Source of the DNA: Candidatus Obscuribacterales bacterium
Lineage (GTDB): Bacteria > Cyanobacteriota > Vampirovibrionia > Obscuribacterales > Obscuribacteraceae
NCBI GenBank assembly: GCA_965228855.1
Contig: CBDDIJ010000003.1
Coordinates: 704,001 to 768,000 of the forward strand
DNA length: 64,000 bases
Direction of reading: 5' to 3'
A program made the translations under genes and the position numbers. Positions within the stretch are counted from its first letter, which is position 1. Each line of letters begins with the position of its first letter. Below, in pieces: positions 9,784 through 20,604 of the stretch. Below the pieces are notes generated by a model. The model was given only the letters and a program-made list of their open reading frames with translations. It searched no databases and had not been told where the DNA came from.

Positions 9784-10767
9784 ATGTTCGACCTATTCAA
9801 GAAACAATTTATCGACGTTATCGAATGGACGGAAAAGACCAACGGCGTTTTGGCATATCGATTTCCCGCCGAAGACCGAGAAATTCAATCCGGTGCGTCA
9901 CTCACGGTGACTGATTCCCAGATGGCGCTTTTCGTCAATGAGGGGAATATCGCCGACGTGTTCTCTCCCGGAAGATACACCCTTACGACAAAAACCTTGC
10001 CGATTTTGACGACGCTTTTGAACTGGGACAAGGCGTTCAAATCGCCGTTCAAATCCGACGTCTACTTCTTCTCGACACGCGAGCAAATCGACCAGCGCTG
10101 GGGAACTCCAACGCCAATTCAGATCCGCGACAAAGAGTTTGGCGTGATTAGATTGAGAGCGTTCGGAACGTTTTCATACAAGATTGAGGAACCATCGACG
10201 TTTTACCAGAAAATTAGTGGCTCTCGTGCACAATATACGGTAAGTGAACTGGATGGACAACTGCGGTCGCTAATTACAATGTCGATTGCCACGAAGTTCG
10301 GCAAGGGAGATGTTGCGTTCCTTGATATGGCAGGCAACCAGACCGTGTTCTCCGACGAGCTTAAGAAAGAGCTGGATCCAAAATTTTTCGAGTACGGTTT
10401 AAAGCTTGAAACATTTGTCGTTCAAAGCATCACCCTACCTGAAGAGCTGCAAGAATACCTCGACAAACAGTCGAAGATGAATCTTGTGGGCGACCTGCAG
10501 AAGTATGCGAACTTCCAGGTGACGGAAAGTATTCCGGAAGCTGCGGCGAACTCCGGCGGCGTCGCCGGACTGGGAGCTGGTATCGGTGCTGGTGCCTTGA
10601 TCGGGCAGCAGTTTGCCCAGTCGGCGCAGCAGCTCGGTGCGGGCGGCAGCGCAGCGAAAGAAGATCCCTACGAGAAACTCGAGAAACTCGCTGGACTCAT
10701 GGAAAAAGGTATCCTTACAAAAGAAGAGTTCGAACTGAAGAAGGCTGAGATTCTCAAGAATATTTGA
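9784..10767 (+). CDS. SPFH-domain (YdjI-like) protein with C-terminal SHOCT-like tail
   Basis: QFIDVIEW, WGTPTPI, LRAFG; EEFELKKAEIL; first gene of an overlapping operon. Confidence 0.85.
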   Translation: MFDLFKKQFIDVIEWTEKTNGVLAYRFPAEDREIQSGASLTVTDSQMALFVNEGNIADVFSPGRYTLTTKTLPILTTLLNWDKAFKSPFKSDVYFFSTREQIDQRWGTPTPIQIRDKEFGVIRLRAFGTFSYKIEEPSTFYQKISGSRAQYTVSELDGQLRSLITMSIATKFGKGDVAFLDMAGNQTVFSDELKKELDPKFFEYGLKLETFVVQSITLPEELQEYLDKQSKMNLVGDLQKYANFQVTESIPEAAANSGGVAGLGAGIGAGALIGQQFAQSAQQLGAGGSAAKEDPYEKLEKLAGLMEKGILTKEEFELKKAEILKNI

Positions 10768-11396
10768 TGATTGAACTCAGCTGCCCAGCTTGTGGTGCCC
10801 CCGTAGCGTTTCGTTCGAAAGCCTCGGTGTTCGCGGTTTGCAGTTTCTGCAAAACGACAGTCGTTCGTCACGACACGGATCTGGAAGCCGTCGGTAAAAT
10901 GGCGGAACTCCAGTATGAATTGACACCATTTCAGATTGGAACTTCCGGCATGTATGACAAACGCTCGTTTCAAATAATTGGACGTCTGAAGATCGCTTAC
11001 GAAGACGGATTTTGGAATGAGTGGTACACCATATTCGGTGACGATGGAGAAACTGGTTGGCTTGCCGAAGCTCAGGGTTTTCTCGCCATGTGTTTTGAAA
11101 TCAGCGATAAGAGCATTCCCAAGATTGATCTAATCAAACCCGGTTCCGATGTAGTAATGCCTCCTCACGGGCACTTCCAGGTAGAGGATATTCGGAATGT
11201 GCATTGCATTTTTAGTGAAGGTGAGTTGCCGGTAAACGCCGTTCAAGGCAGACGTTCCAACAGCGTCGACCTTGTCGGTGCGAATCGGAAGATGGCCACA
11301 ATTGAATATGCCGACACCACTCGCGCCTTCGTCGGCACATACCAGGACTTCGATGGATTCAAGTTTGAGAACCTGAGGAGAATCGATGGCTGGTAA
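10764..11396 (+). CDS. DUF4178 protein with N-terminal Zn ribbon
   Basis: CPACGAP...CSFC, WNEW, EGELP. Confidence 0.8.
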   Translation: MMIELSCPACGAPVAFRSKASVFAVCSFCKTTVVRHDTDLEAVGKMAELQYELTPFQIGTSGMYDKRSFQIIGRLKIAYEDGFWNEWYTIFGDDGETGWLAEAQGFLAMCFEISDKSIPKIDLIKPGSDVVMPPHGHFQVEDIRNVHCIFSEGELPVNAVQGRRSNSVDLVGANRKMATIEYADTTRAFVGTYQDFDGFKFENLRRIDGW

Positions 11397-12726
11397 TTCG
11401 GGTGAAGGTCGCGATCTGCGCAAGGAAAAGCCCAAAGTAACGACTTTCTCCTGCGGGAACTGTGGTGCACCAGTGACGGTGCGCTATCCGGGACACTCGC
11501 TGTCTGCAGTATGCGATAGCTGCTACTCGGTTATCGATACCAGTAACGAAGCATTCCAGGTCTTAAAAACCTATTTTCGGAAAGCGCACATTCAACCTCG
11601 CTTGGAACTCGGCTCCCGCGGCGAGTTGATGGGGAAAACCTGGGAATGTATCGGTTTCGTAGTCAGAGAAGACGGTGCCAGTAGTTTTAAATGGGAAGAA
11701 TATTTGCTGTTCAACCCCTATTATGGCTATCGCTTTCTGACTTGCAACAATGGTCACTGGAGCTTCGTGACCATGATAAAAGAACGTCCTGAGCGTTTCG
11801 CTGCTTATGCTGATTTTCAGAACAAGCGTTACAAGCTTTTCTATCAGGGACGCGCCCGGGTTCACTATGTTCTTGGCGAGTTCTATTGGCGAGTCTCTGT
11901 AGGTGAAGAGGTCAGCATGGCTGACTATATAGATCCACCGCAGATGGTATCAGTCGAGGATGATAAAAACTCACGTGTCTGGAGCGTTTCCGAGTATTTA
12001 GAGCCAAAAGTGGTATCGCAAGCTTTCGACCTATCCGGGGATTCCATTCCTCGCACAATCGGCATAGCGCCTAATCAGCCAAGTTCGGCAACGGTCAACT
12101 GGCGACAAGTCGGTCCAATGTGGGCATTGTTTCTTGTTGTTTTGACCGGGCTTCAAATATTCCACTGCACTCTTGCGAAAAACATCATCGAGTTTAGCGC
12201 ACCAATTGAATACGTAACCAAAATGGATGGTCAATTTGCGACCAGTGATGCCAAGCTTCCTGAATTTACGACCCCTGAATTCGTTTTGGATAAAGCCAAT
12301 GCAAACGTTGCGATCGACATCAATGCGGACGTCGACAACAGTTGGCTATATGTTTATGGCGAGTTGGTAAATACCGACACGGAAGAACTATTCACCTTCG
12401 AGCGCAGCATCGAGTACTACCACGGTTATGAAGACGGTGAGTCATGGAGCGAAGGGAGCAAGACTACCTCGATATTCATGCCGCAGGTTCCAGGCGGAAA
12501 GTATTATATGAATCTGGATTTTGACAATGGTGGCAACGCACAGGCGAACATGCGTCAAACCTTCAATGTGCAGGTCAAGCGTGATGTTCCGACCTTCCAT
12601 AATTACTTCTGGTGCCTGTTTTTAATTTCTCTATATCCGATTTTTGCGTGGATCAAATATCGGCAAGTTGAGGTCGCGCGCTGGTCGGACAGCGATTTCT
12701 CACCATATCAGTCGAGCAGCGACTAG
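11386..12726 (+). CDS. DUF4178 membrane protein with Zn ribbon
   Basis: CGNCGAP...CDSC, WEEYLL, GEFYW, two TM helices, GESWSEG. Confidence 0.8.
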   Translation: MAGNSGEGRDLRKEKPKVTTFSCGNCGAPVTVRYPGHSLSAVCDSCYSVIDTSNEAFQVLKTYFRKAHIQPRLELGSRGELMGKTWECIGFVVREDGASSFKWEEYLLFNPYYGYRFLTCNNGHWSFVTMIKERPERFAAYADFQNKRYKLFYQGRARVHYVLGEFYWRVSVGEEVSMADYIDPPQMVSVEDDKNSRVWSVSEYLEPKVVSQAFDLSGDSIPRTIGIAPNQPSSATVNWRQVGPMWALFLVVLTGLQIFHCTLAKNIIEFSAPIEYVTKMDGQFATSDAKLPEFTTPEFVLDKANANVAIDINADVDNSWLYVYGELVNTDTEELFTFERSIEYYHGYEDGESWSEGSKTTSIFMPQVPGGKYYMNLDFDNGGNAQANMRQTFNVQVKRDVPTFHNYFWCLFLISLYPIFAWIKYRQVEVARWSDSDFSPYQSSSD

Positions 12727-12742
12727 GAGGCAGGAAGCATTT

Positions 12743-12880
12743 ATGTCAAAACTCTACGGACTTTTGGGAGCGGCACTTTGTGCGTTCTTTTTCTTTGCCA
12801 CTGAAACCGGTATCAGAATTTTTGCTATCGACACCACGCCGCATACCCGACCCACCGGGGCGGCTTTACATCACAAATAA
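12743..12880 (+). CDS. Small membrane peptide of the DUF4178/DUF350 operon
   Basis: Purine-rich SD region, hydrophobic N-terminus, 45 aa, fills the operon gap. Confidence 0.6.
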   Translation: MSKLYGLLGAALCAFFFFATETGIRIFAIDTTPHTRPTGAALHHK

Positions 12881-12890
12881 GGGGGAGATT

Positions 12891-13106
12891 GTGGAATTAG
12901 TTAAGTTGAATTACATTGTCGCGGCAGTTGTGTACTCGGGATTGGGTATTGCAATCCTTTGTACTACTTTCGTGATCTTTGACTTGATTACGCCGAGCAA
13001 AATGTGGAAGGAAATCGTCGAGGAAAAGAATTTGCCTCTTGCGGTTTGTCTGTCTGCAATGACTATTGCTGTCGGGATGATTATTGCGTCTGCGATCCAC
13101 GGCTAA
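12891..13106 (+). CDS. DUF350 small membrane protein
   Basis: FDLITP...WKEIVEEKNLPLA...IIASAIHG; GGGGAG SD. Confidence 0.85.
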   Translation: MELVKLNYIVAAVVYSGLGIAILCTTFVIFDLITPSKMWKEIVEEKNLPLAVCLSAMTIAVGMIIASAIHG

Positions 13107-13121
13107 TATTCTGGTAGAAAA

Positions 13122-14624
13122 TTGACATACTCGCTTCTGATTACCGCTTTCGTCATCTCGACATGCGGTCTCGTGTACGAACTGATCGCCGGGACCGTCG
13201 CCAGCTATTTGCTAGGCGATTCGGTTACGCAATTTTCAACCGTAATCGGCGTGTATCTGTTTTCGATGGGAATTGGCTCGTTTCTCTCCCGTTATGTTGA
13301 TAAGGACATTATCCTGAAATTCATACAGGTTGAGATGCTCGTGGGTCTGGTTGGTGGCTGTTCTGCAGCGTTGCTCTTTATGTCCTTTGAGCATGTTGAA
13401 AATTTTCGCATTCTTCTTTATGCGTTAGTCACCGCCATTGGTGTTTTGGTGGGATTAGAGATCCCACTTCTTATGCGCATATTGCAGGACAAGCTGGAGT
13501 TTAAGGAACTGGTATCGCAGGTGTTCACCTTCGACTATGTAGGCGCGTTGTTGGCATCCTTGCTCTTTCCGCTGCTCCTTGTACCGTATCTCGGTTTGAT
13601 TCGCTCCGCGTTTCTCTTCGGAATTTTCAACGCGCTAGTCGCGGTTTGGACTGTACATCTGTTCCGTAACGACGTTAAGGGAACGTTTGGGCTCAGGTCA
13701 GCGGCCATTACTGTTGCCGCTGCACTTTCTGCCGGTTTTGTCTTCTCCGATCAGTTAATGACCTGGGCTGAGTCTTCAACATATCAGGAGCCGATTATAT
13801 TTTCCAAGTCGACTCCGTATCAGCGGATTGTAATCACGTGCAAAGGCAAAGAAGTGCGTCTGTTTTTAAACGGTAATTTGCAATTTAATTCACGAGACGA
13901 ATATCGATATCACGAAGCGCTGGTTCATCCGGCTATGTCCAGCTTAAAAAATCCGGAGAACATTCTCGTCCTCGGTGGTGGCGATGGAATGGCAGTGCGT
14001 GAACTCCTCAAGTATCCCTCTGTTAAAACCATTCAACTAGTCGACCTTGATCCGGAGATGACGAAGCTGTTTCGCGCTAAGGGTTTATTGTCGCAGCTGA
14101 ACAATGATGCGTTAAGCGACAGTAGAGTCACCGTGATCAATCAGGATGCTTTTGTATGGCTGCGAAAGTCGAAAGAAAAATTCGATTGCGCGATAATTGA
14201 TTTCCCTGATCCAAGCAATTTTTCGCTCGGCAAACTTTATAGCGATACCTTTTATAAAACAGTAAAGAGGGCGTTGAAACCCGGTGGTGTTTGCGTTATC
14301 CAGAGTACTTCTCCATATTTTGCGAAGAACTCTTACTGGTGCGTCGTGAACACTCTCGAATCAGTCGGATTTCACACGACACCATATCACGCATACGTTC
14401 CTTCATTCGGTGACTGGGGCTATGTGCTAGCGTCGATCGACAAATTCGAGCCTCCGGCAGCGTATCCGGCTAATCTCAGATACGTGACGGATGAGTCATT
14501 TCGTCAGATGCTTAACTTCCCACCGGATATGGTGGCAACTGAAAAGTGTGTCAATAAACTGAATAATCAAAAACTTGTTCACCTGTTCGAGTCTGAGTGG
14601 GGAGAATATGTTGAAACGTTTTAG
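13122..14624 (+). CDS. speE: Membrane-anchored polyamine aminopropyltransferase (spermidine synthase family)
   Basis: N-terminal TM domain (CGLVYEL), DEYRYHEALVHP, LGGGDG, DFPDP, VPSFGDWG. Confidence 0.92.
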   Translation: MTYSLLITAFVISTCGLVYELIAGTVASYLLGDSVTQFSTVIGVYLFSMGIGSFLSRYVDKDIILKFIQVEMLVGLVGGCSAALLFMSFEHVENFRILLYALVTAIGVLVGLEIPLLMRILQDKLEFKELVSQVFTFDYVGALLASLLFPLLLVPYLGLIRSAFLFGIFNALVAVWTVHLFRNDVKGTFGLRSAAITVAAALSAGFVFSDQLMTWAESSTYQEPIIFSKSTPYQRIVITCKGKEVRLFLNGNLQFNSRDEYRYHEALVHPAMSSLKNPENILVLGGGDGMAVRELLKYPSVKTIQLVDLDPEMTKLFRAKGLLSQLNNDALSDSRVTVINQDAFVWLRKSKEKFDCAIIDFPDPSNFSLGKLYSDTFYKTVKRALKPGGVCVIQSTSPYFAKNSYWCVVNTLESVGFHTTPYHAYVPSFGDWGYVLASIDKFEPPAAYPANLRYVTDESFRQMLNFPPDMVATEKCVNKLNNQKLVHLFESEWGEYVETF

Positions 14625-14633
14625 CCGAGCGAC

Positions 14634-16337
14634 GTGACTATGCCGAGACGTTTCAGTCGAGCTGTGTTTCTTGCGATGATGGGCGGCTGTGCGGTTGCTG
14701 CGGTGTCCGGAAAATATCTTCTTGACGCACTGAAAGCGCGAGTGAAATTCCCGATTCGTATGCTTGGTCCTTCGATGAACCGGGGACATATGATTCGCGA
14801 TGGCAAAATGCCGAAAGTCTTAACGGATGCAGAGCACGCAAAAACAAGAGTCACCATTATCGGTGGCGGAATGGCGGGTTTATCTGCTGGTTGGTGGCTG
14901 AAGAGAAACGGATTCTCAGACTTCAAGATTTTGGAACTGGAAAAGGAAGTTGGTGGCAATTCATCTTTCGGTAAAAATGGCATCAGTGCTTACCCCTGGG
15001 GAGCGCATTATGTTCCACTTGCCAATCCGGAGTCTGAATATGTTCGCATGTTTTTTCAGGAACTTGGAGTCATTCAGGGCGTTGATGCAAATGGTTTGGC
15101 AATCTATAACGACCTGTATATGTGTCACGACCCTGAAGAGCGGCTTCTAAAGGACGGCTCCTTTCAAGAGGGGTTGGTTCCTCGTCGCGGTTTACAACCA
15201 TCTGACAAGCAGGAATTTCAGCGCTTCTTCAAAGCGATGAAGCATTATCGTGAGCTGGTCGGTCGTGATGGAAAGCCAGGGTTCGCGATTCCTCTCGATT
15301 TGAGCTCGCAGGATGAAGAGCTGATTACCCTCGATAGAATTTCGATGGCGAAATGGATGAAGGAGAATAAGTTTCTGGGTAAGCCAATCCGATGGTATGT
15401 CGACTACTGTTGCCGAGATGACTACGGCTCACTTCCTGAACATGTTTCGGCCTGGGCGGGCATTCACTACTTTGCTGGGCGCAAGGGCGTGGCGGCTAAC
15501 GCGGAGATGAATTCTGTAGTGACGTGGCCGGCTGGAAACGGTTTTCTCGCTGACAAACTTCGTGAGATGTTGAATGGGAAAATCGAGACGGGAAGCGCAG
15601 TGTTCAACGTTTCCAGCACGGAAAGTGGAGCGACCGTTTCGTTTTTCGATGTCAAAGAAAATGCTGCCAAGATCATTGAGTGCGATTACGTGATATTTGC
15701 GGCTCCAAGATTCTTGGCTCGCCACCTTGTTTCACCTAATGGTCGAGACGAAACTATTTCTTCTCCGGGAATTTCTGCGCAGGCTGTACGTTCACAAAAT
15801 GAACCTGTCCAGGAGCAATTCGAGAGCGCTCAATATGCACCCTGGATGGTGGCGAACATCAGTTTGAAACGTGTCCCCGAGGGCAAGGGCGTTGGTCTTG
15901 CCTGGGATAATGTTAGCTTCTCAAGTCGTTCTCTCGGCTACGTTGTAGCTACTCACCAGAATATAACGACGCAGAGAGACGCGCCGACAGTCATTACCTA
16001 CTATTATCCAATGGCTCAGGATGAACCGAGCGAGTCTCGACGGATACTCTTAGAGCGCACGGCAGAGGAATGGTCACAATTGATCCTTGCCGACCTTGAA
16101 AAAATGCATAATGGTATAACGACTGAGATTACAGCGATGGATTTATGGCCGTGGGGTCATGGAATGATTCGTCCTTCGGTCGGTTACATCTGGGGCGAGA
16201 CTCGCAGAGTGATGAAGAAGAACATGGGAAATGTTTACTTTGCTCATTCGGATATGAGTGGGATCTCTAACTTCGAGGAAGCTCAATATCAGGGAATTGA
16301 AGCGGCTAAACAGGTTTTAGCCAGGGTGACGTCGTGA
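14634..16337 (+). CDS. FAD-dependent amine oxidoreductase
   Basis: IIGGGMAGL dinucleotide motif, WGAHY, CCRDDYG, FEEAQYQG. Confidence 0.88.
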   Translation: MTMPRRFSRAVFLAMMGGCAVAAVSGKYLLDALKARVKFPIRMLGPSMNRGHMIRDGKMPKVLTDAEHAKTRVTIIGGGMAGLSAGWWLKRNGFSDFKILELEKEVGGNSSFGKNGISAYPWGAHYVPLANPESEYVRMFFQELGVIQGVDANGLAIYNDLYMCHDPEERLLKDGSFQEGLVPRRGLQPSDKQEFQRFFKAMKHYRELVGRDGKPGFAIPLDLSSQDEELITLDRISMAKWMKENKFLGKPIRWYVDYCCRDDYGSLPEHVSAWAGIHYFAGRKGVAANAEMNSVVTWPAGNGFLADKLREMLNGKIETGSAVFNVSSTESGATVSFFDVKENAAKIIECDYVIFAAPRFLARHLVSPNGRDETISSPGISAQAVRSQNEPVQEQFESAQYAPWMVANISLKRVPEGKGVGLAWDNVSFSSRSLGYVVATHQNITTQRDAPTVITYYYPMAQDEPSESRRILLERTAEEWSQLILADLEKMHNGITTEITAMDLWPWGHGMIRPSVGYIWGETRRVMKKNMGNVYFAHSDMSGISNFEEAQYQGIEAAKQVLARVTS

Positions 16338-17473
16338 CACAGGCGATTTTGAAAACGGATGCAACCGCGCTTCCGAAGCAGCCGTGGCTTGCTTCAGTGA
16401 AATGGGATTGCGCTTTGATTATTGGTCCTGCGATCGTCACTTCGGTTATTGCGCTGGCTTGCAAACCTTTACTTGATAATAGTCAATTCATGCCGCTCTG
16501 GGCGTGGGTAACTTTTGTACTGGTCGTTGATGTTGCGCATGTTTACTCAACTCTATTTCGGACCTATTTTGATCGTCGCTCGATTGCCGAACATCACTTA
16601 TTGCTGGTTGTGATTCCGATCGCATGTTGGGTCGTTGGGTGGTTGTTGTATCGAACTGATTTTATGTACTTCTGGCGGGCACTGGCTTACCTCGCGGTTT
16701 TTCATTTCATTCGTCAACAGTTTGGTTTTGTAGCTCTCTATTCAAGAAACGATCCGCGAGCGTTTTTGAAGGTCCGCTGGCTCGACCAGGTGTGCGTCTA
16801 CACTGTGACGCTTTATCCTCTTCTGTATTGGCATACTCATTTACCTCGCAATTTTAACTGGTTTGTCAGTGGCGACTTTGTCAATGCGGTACCGCCTGTG
16901 GTGAATGAGTGTGCGCTGGCATTTTACTGTTTAGTTGTTACTGTTTACACTGCCAAAGAGCTGCTTCTGTTTAAATCAACGGGGTTTTTAAACATACCCA
17001 AGAACTTGATTCTGTTTGGAACAGCGTTGAGCTGGTGGGTAGGCATTGTCGCGTTGAATTCTGATCTTGCCTTCACCATGACGAATGTTGTCTCTCATGG
17101 CGTTCCATACATGGCGCTAATCTGGCTTTATCACAACAAGGCAAGTCGAGCCAACGCTGATGTTTCCAGTGCACAAACGAGGGCTTCGAAGTCGCTTGGG
17201 CGTTTCAGCAAAGATTTTCTGCTGTCATTTGCACCAGCGTTTGTGCTATTTCTCGTGCTTCTCGCTTATTTCGAAGAAGGTTTCTGGGACGGACTCATCT
17301 GGCGAGAGCATTTAACGTTTTTCACGCCGTTTGCCTCCTTGCCCGCTATCACCGACGCGACCACGCTTTCAATACTTGTGCCTCTGCTTTCTCTGCCACA
17401 ATCCACGCATTACGTCCTGGACGGTTTTATATGGCGTGTGAAGGACAAATCTGGTTCATGGTCTGCGAGGTAG
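16334..17473 (+). CDS. Polytopic membrane protein with conserved His motifs
   Basis: DVAHVYST, FHFIRQQ, HGVPY, THYVLDGFIW. Confidence 0.75.
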   Translation: MTQAILKTDATALPKQPWLASVKWDCALIIGPAIVTSVIALACKPLLDNSQFMPLWAWVTFVLVVDVAHVYSTLFRTYFDRRSIAEHHLLLVVIPIACWVVGWLLYRTDFMYFWRALAYLAVFHFIRQQFGFVALYSRNDPRAFLKVRWLDQVCVYTVTLYPLLYWHTHLPRNFNWFVSGDFVNAVPPVVNECALAFYCLVVTVYTAKELLLFKSTGFLNIPKNLILFGTALSWWVGIVALNSDLAFTMTNVVSHGVPYMALIWLYHNKASRANADVSSAQTRASKSLGRFSKDFLLSFAPAFVLFLVLLAYFEEGFWDGLIWREHLTFFTPFASLPAITDATTLSILVPLLSLPQSTHYVLDGFIWRVKDKSGSWSAR

Positions 17474-17650
17474 AGCGTCTGGGAAACCTGATTATGTTTC
17501 CCACGAAAGGTACCAAGCTTAGATAGATTTCAGGAGGCGGTGCCGAAAAGGCGCAAAAGCCGTCGCTTCTTTTAGTTTTGGCTCATGAAAACCTCGGGTG
17601 ATTCCTGACAAGATCTGTAAGTCGGCGTGTGCCGTGTGTTTGTGGCTTTT

Positions 17651-19117
17651 ATGCTATTCAACAGTCTGCAGTATCTTATATTCCTGCCGCTCGTGGTGCT
17701 CGCCTATTGGCTAGTGCCCGGCAGATTGCGCACTGTTTTGCTGCTCGCGGCGAGCTACTACTTTTACATGAGCTGGATGAAGTCCTATGGGCTTTTGCTT
17801 TTCGGGCTCACAGCCATCAATTACCTGGCTGGTCTGGCTATCGGCAAGCTCGAGGCCGCGCAATCGAAGCGCCTTGCTCTCATTGCCGGAATCACGTTTA
17901 ACGTCGGCGTCCTGGCGCTTTTCAAATATACAAACTTTTTCCTTGAAACCTATAACAGTCTGGAGAAGATGCTTAGCTCCATACTGCCACTTAATCTGGT
18001 GCCTGCACCCGAGGCACTGCCCATAATACTACCCCTTGGTATCTCATTTTTTGTCTTTGAATTCATTCATTACCTGGTCGATGTTCGCGCCGGAAATAAA
18101 CCGATTGCAAACCCGCTGCGATTCGGATTATTCGCGGCATTTTTTCCGTCTCAAATTGCGGGTCCGATCAAGCGTTATGAAGACTTTGACGGTCAACTCG
18201 AGAAACCTCGTGTGTTCAGTCGGGCTGAATTCGGTGAGGGGATTAACCTGATCGTTCGCGGTATGTTCAAAAAGGTTGCGTTAGGCGATAACCTCGCACC
18301 TTTGGCTGCAAGCGGTTTCGCCAATCCAGCTGCGATAGGCACAGTGGATGCCTGGGTTGCAGTGCTCGCCTTTACTTTGCAAATTTATTTTGACTTTTCC
18401 GGTTACACGGACATCGGTCGTGGCTCCGCGCTTTTGCTCGGGTATAAACTGCCTGAGAATTTCAATATGCCATACATCGCCAGAAGCATTCAGGAATTCT
18501 GGCATCGCTGGCACATGAGCTTGTCGACCTGGCTTCGCGATTACCTTTACATTCCGCTGGGTGGTTCACGTGGTGGCAAATTCGCCACGATGAAAAACCT
18601 GTTTATCACTATGCTGCTAGGAGGTCTCTGGCACGGTGCCTCGTGGCACTTTGTACTGTGGGGCGGCTATCAGGGTGTTTGTCTGGCAATTCACAGAACT
18701 TGGGAGCGGATCAGCGAAGGACGGCCAGCGCTTGCAACGTTCGGAAACTCATTTGTAGGAAAAGCAACTGCATGGTTGGTCACATTCCTGACGGTCGTGA
18801 ATGGCTGGGTGCTGTTCCGTGCGAATACCGTGGCGGAAGCGTTCCAAATGTACCAATCGATGTTTACGCTCAAGGCAGGGACCGGCGAGTCTCTTCTTGA
18901 GCTATTCATCTACGGTGGTCCACTGCCGGCGGTGCTGGCGATCTACACCGCTTTCGTCCTTGGCGATAAACTCAAGTGGAAGGCTAAACTTGAATCCGCA
19001 AGCCTTTTGCCGTCACCGCCCGTGACGGCACGCGCCGTCGCACTAGCTGCAGTGGCACTGTTCATCGCGAGCCTGGCTCCGCGACATGCTGTTCCCTTCA
19101 TATACTTCCAATTTTAA
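17651..19117 (+). CDS. MBOAT O-acyltransferase (AlgI/DltB-like)
   Basis: LPLGISFF, DFSGYTD, FWHRWHMSLS, GLWHGA. Confidence 0.95.
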   Translation: MLFNSLQYLIFLPLVVLAYWLVPGRLRTVLLLAASYYFYMSWMKSYGLLLFGLTAINYLAGLAIGKLEAAQSKRLALIAGITFNVGVLALFKYTNFFLETYNSLEKMLSSILPLNLVPAPEALPIILPLGISFFVFEFIHYLVDVRAGNKPIANPLRFGLFAAFFPSQIAGPIKRYEDFDGQLEKPRVFSRAEFGEGINLIVRGMFKKVALGDNLAPLAASGFANPAAIGTVDAWVAVLAFTLQIYFDFSGYTDIGRGSALLLGYKLPENFNMPYIARSIQEFWHRWHMSLSTWLRDYLYIPLGGSRGGKFATMKNLFITMLLGGLWHGASWHFVLWGGYQGVCLAIHRTWERISEGRPALATFGNSFVGKATAWLVTFLTVVNGWVLFRANTVAEAFQMYQSMFTLKAGTGESLLELFIYGGPLPAVLAIYTAFVLGDKLKWKAKLESASLLPSPPVTARAVALAAVALFIASLAPRHAVPFIYFQF

Positions 19118-19126
19118 GGGGACATC

Positions 19127-20515
19127 ATGACGACGACTCTTAGAGAGAAAACGATAAAGTCTCCCACTCCAGTCAAGGAGCCCAGCCAAATTTCCCGACT
19201 TGTTCGCGGTTTAATCCGGAATATAGTCTGGTGTTTTGGAACATTAATCGTTTCGCTCCTGGTTCTCGAAGTTGCTCTGCGAGCATGTGGTGTGGGCGGC
19301 GAAGAGTATTTGAAGATGGACCCGACGATTGGTTTTACTCACCTGGAGAATAAACCTATTGTCGTCCGCTCCGAGGGCTGGTCTTATGACCCCGCCAACT
19401 CCAGAGGCATTCGCGATTATGAATACTCTGTCACTCCGGCACCGGGTGTGCATCGCGTAGCATTTCTCGGAGACTCGAAAACAGAGTCTATTCAAGTTCC
19501 GCTGAAGGATAATTTCCCTAAAGAGATTGAGCGTCGTTTAAACGCAAATGGTTCCAGCGGTGGTCGGGAAACGGCAATAAATGGCTCGAATGTATCGAAC
19601 GGCCTGGATGGCAAAGTTGAGTGCATCAACTTCGGTATGTCCGGTTATGGGACGTCGCAAGAAGTTCTCCAGTACATGCGTGATGTGCGGCAATACAAGC
19701 CGGAAGTCACGGTCCTTGTTTATCATGTGCTCGATAACGACGAAAATACTGCCCCGGTGCAGCCGGAGACGTTTACGCCTCGTCCTTACTTCAGCGTCAA
19801 CGATCAGGGGGTTTTGAAACCGGACTGGCTTTTTCTTGATGCGTGGTTTTGTTCCGAAAGGGCGGTTTATTTCAAGGCTTGTGATTGGCTGAGAAGAAAC
19901 AGTTATGTGCTGGGTGTTCTCGCGCAGATCGATAAGACGAGTAAAGGGCAAAAATATTACGACCTATATCAGCAAAAAGTGCTGTTACCGATTTACGAAT
20001 CGCTAGCGAACGTTGTTCCTGCTTTTCGATATAAACCGGATGAAGTTGCTATGGCTCAAAGAGCCAGTCTTGCTAAGGAGTTTGAAAAGCCAATACAGAA
20101 TTTCGGTTCTACGTCTGAAGAACAAATTCCAGATCGCCCGCCAGGTTTTCTAGATAAAGACTATAACGTGCTATTGCTTAACCATCGCTTGCACTTCCGC
20201 GTGACCGCGGCGCTGATTCGGAAACTGAATCAGGTGTGCAAAGAGAATGGTTCAAAGTTGGTTGTTGCGACCCTTCCTGCGCCTACTTCACAGATATTCT
20301 ATTTCAAGGAAGTCAACGCTCTTCAGCAAATCTCAAAAGAAGAAGGCTTTGATTTTGTCAATTTGCATGAGGCATTTCCGAAGTCAACCGGCGGCGAATC
20401 GAGTCCACTATTTGTCGGCTTCCACTTCTCTCGCCTTGGACACAAAATCGTTGCTGATGAGTTGACGCCGGTTGTCGAACGAAATCTGAAAAGTAAAAAA
20501 CTGAATCCGCAATAG
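19127..20515 (+). CDS. SGNH/GDSL hydrolase-like periplasmic O-acylation partner
   Basis: FLGDS, NFGMSGYG, HFS..GH; follows the MBOAT gene. Confidence 0.85.
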   Translation: MTTTLREKTIKSPTPVKEPSQISRLVRGLIRNIVWCFGTLIVSLLVLEVALRACGVGGEEYLKMDPTIGFTHLENKPIVVRSEGWSYDPANSRGIRDYEYSVTPAPGVHRVAFLGDSKTESIQVPLKDNFPKEIERRLNANGSSGGRETAINGSNVSNGLDGKVECINFGMSGYGTSQEVLQYMRDVRQYKPEVTVLVYHVLDNDENTAPVQPETFTPRPYFSVNDQGVLKPDWLFLDAWFCSERAVYFKACDWLRRNSYVLGVLAQIDKTSKGQKYYDLYQQKVLLPIYESLANVVPAFRYKPDEVAMAQRASLAKEFEKPIQNFGSTSEEQIPDRPPGFLDKDYNVLLLNHRLHFRVTAALIRKLNQVCKENGSKLVVATLPAPTSQIFYFKEVNALQQISKEEGFDFVNLHEAFPKSTGGESSPLFVGFHFSRLGHKIVADELTPVVERNLKSKKLNPQ

Positions 20516-20517
20516 TA

Positions 20518-20600
20518 AGGAGCAGACAGGAGTTGAACCTGTAACCCTTGCAGGCAGACGGTTTAGCAAACCGCTTCCTCGACCGTGTCGGACCTGCTCC
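20518..20600 (-). tRNA. tRNA-Ser(GCT)
   Basis: GGAGCAG/CTGCTCC acceptor, TTGCTAA loop, long V arm, GTTCAACTC. Confidence 0.85.
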
Positions 20601-20604
20601 AAAG

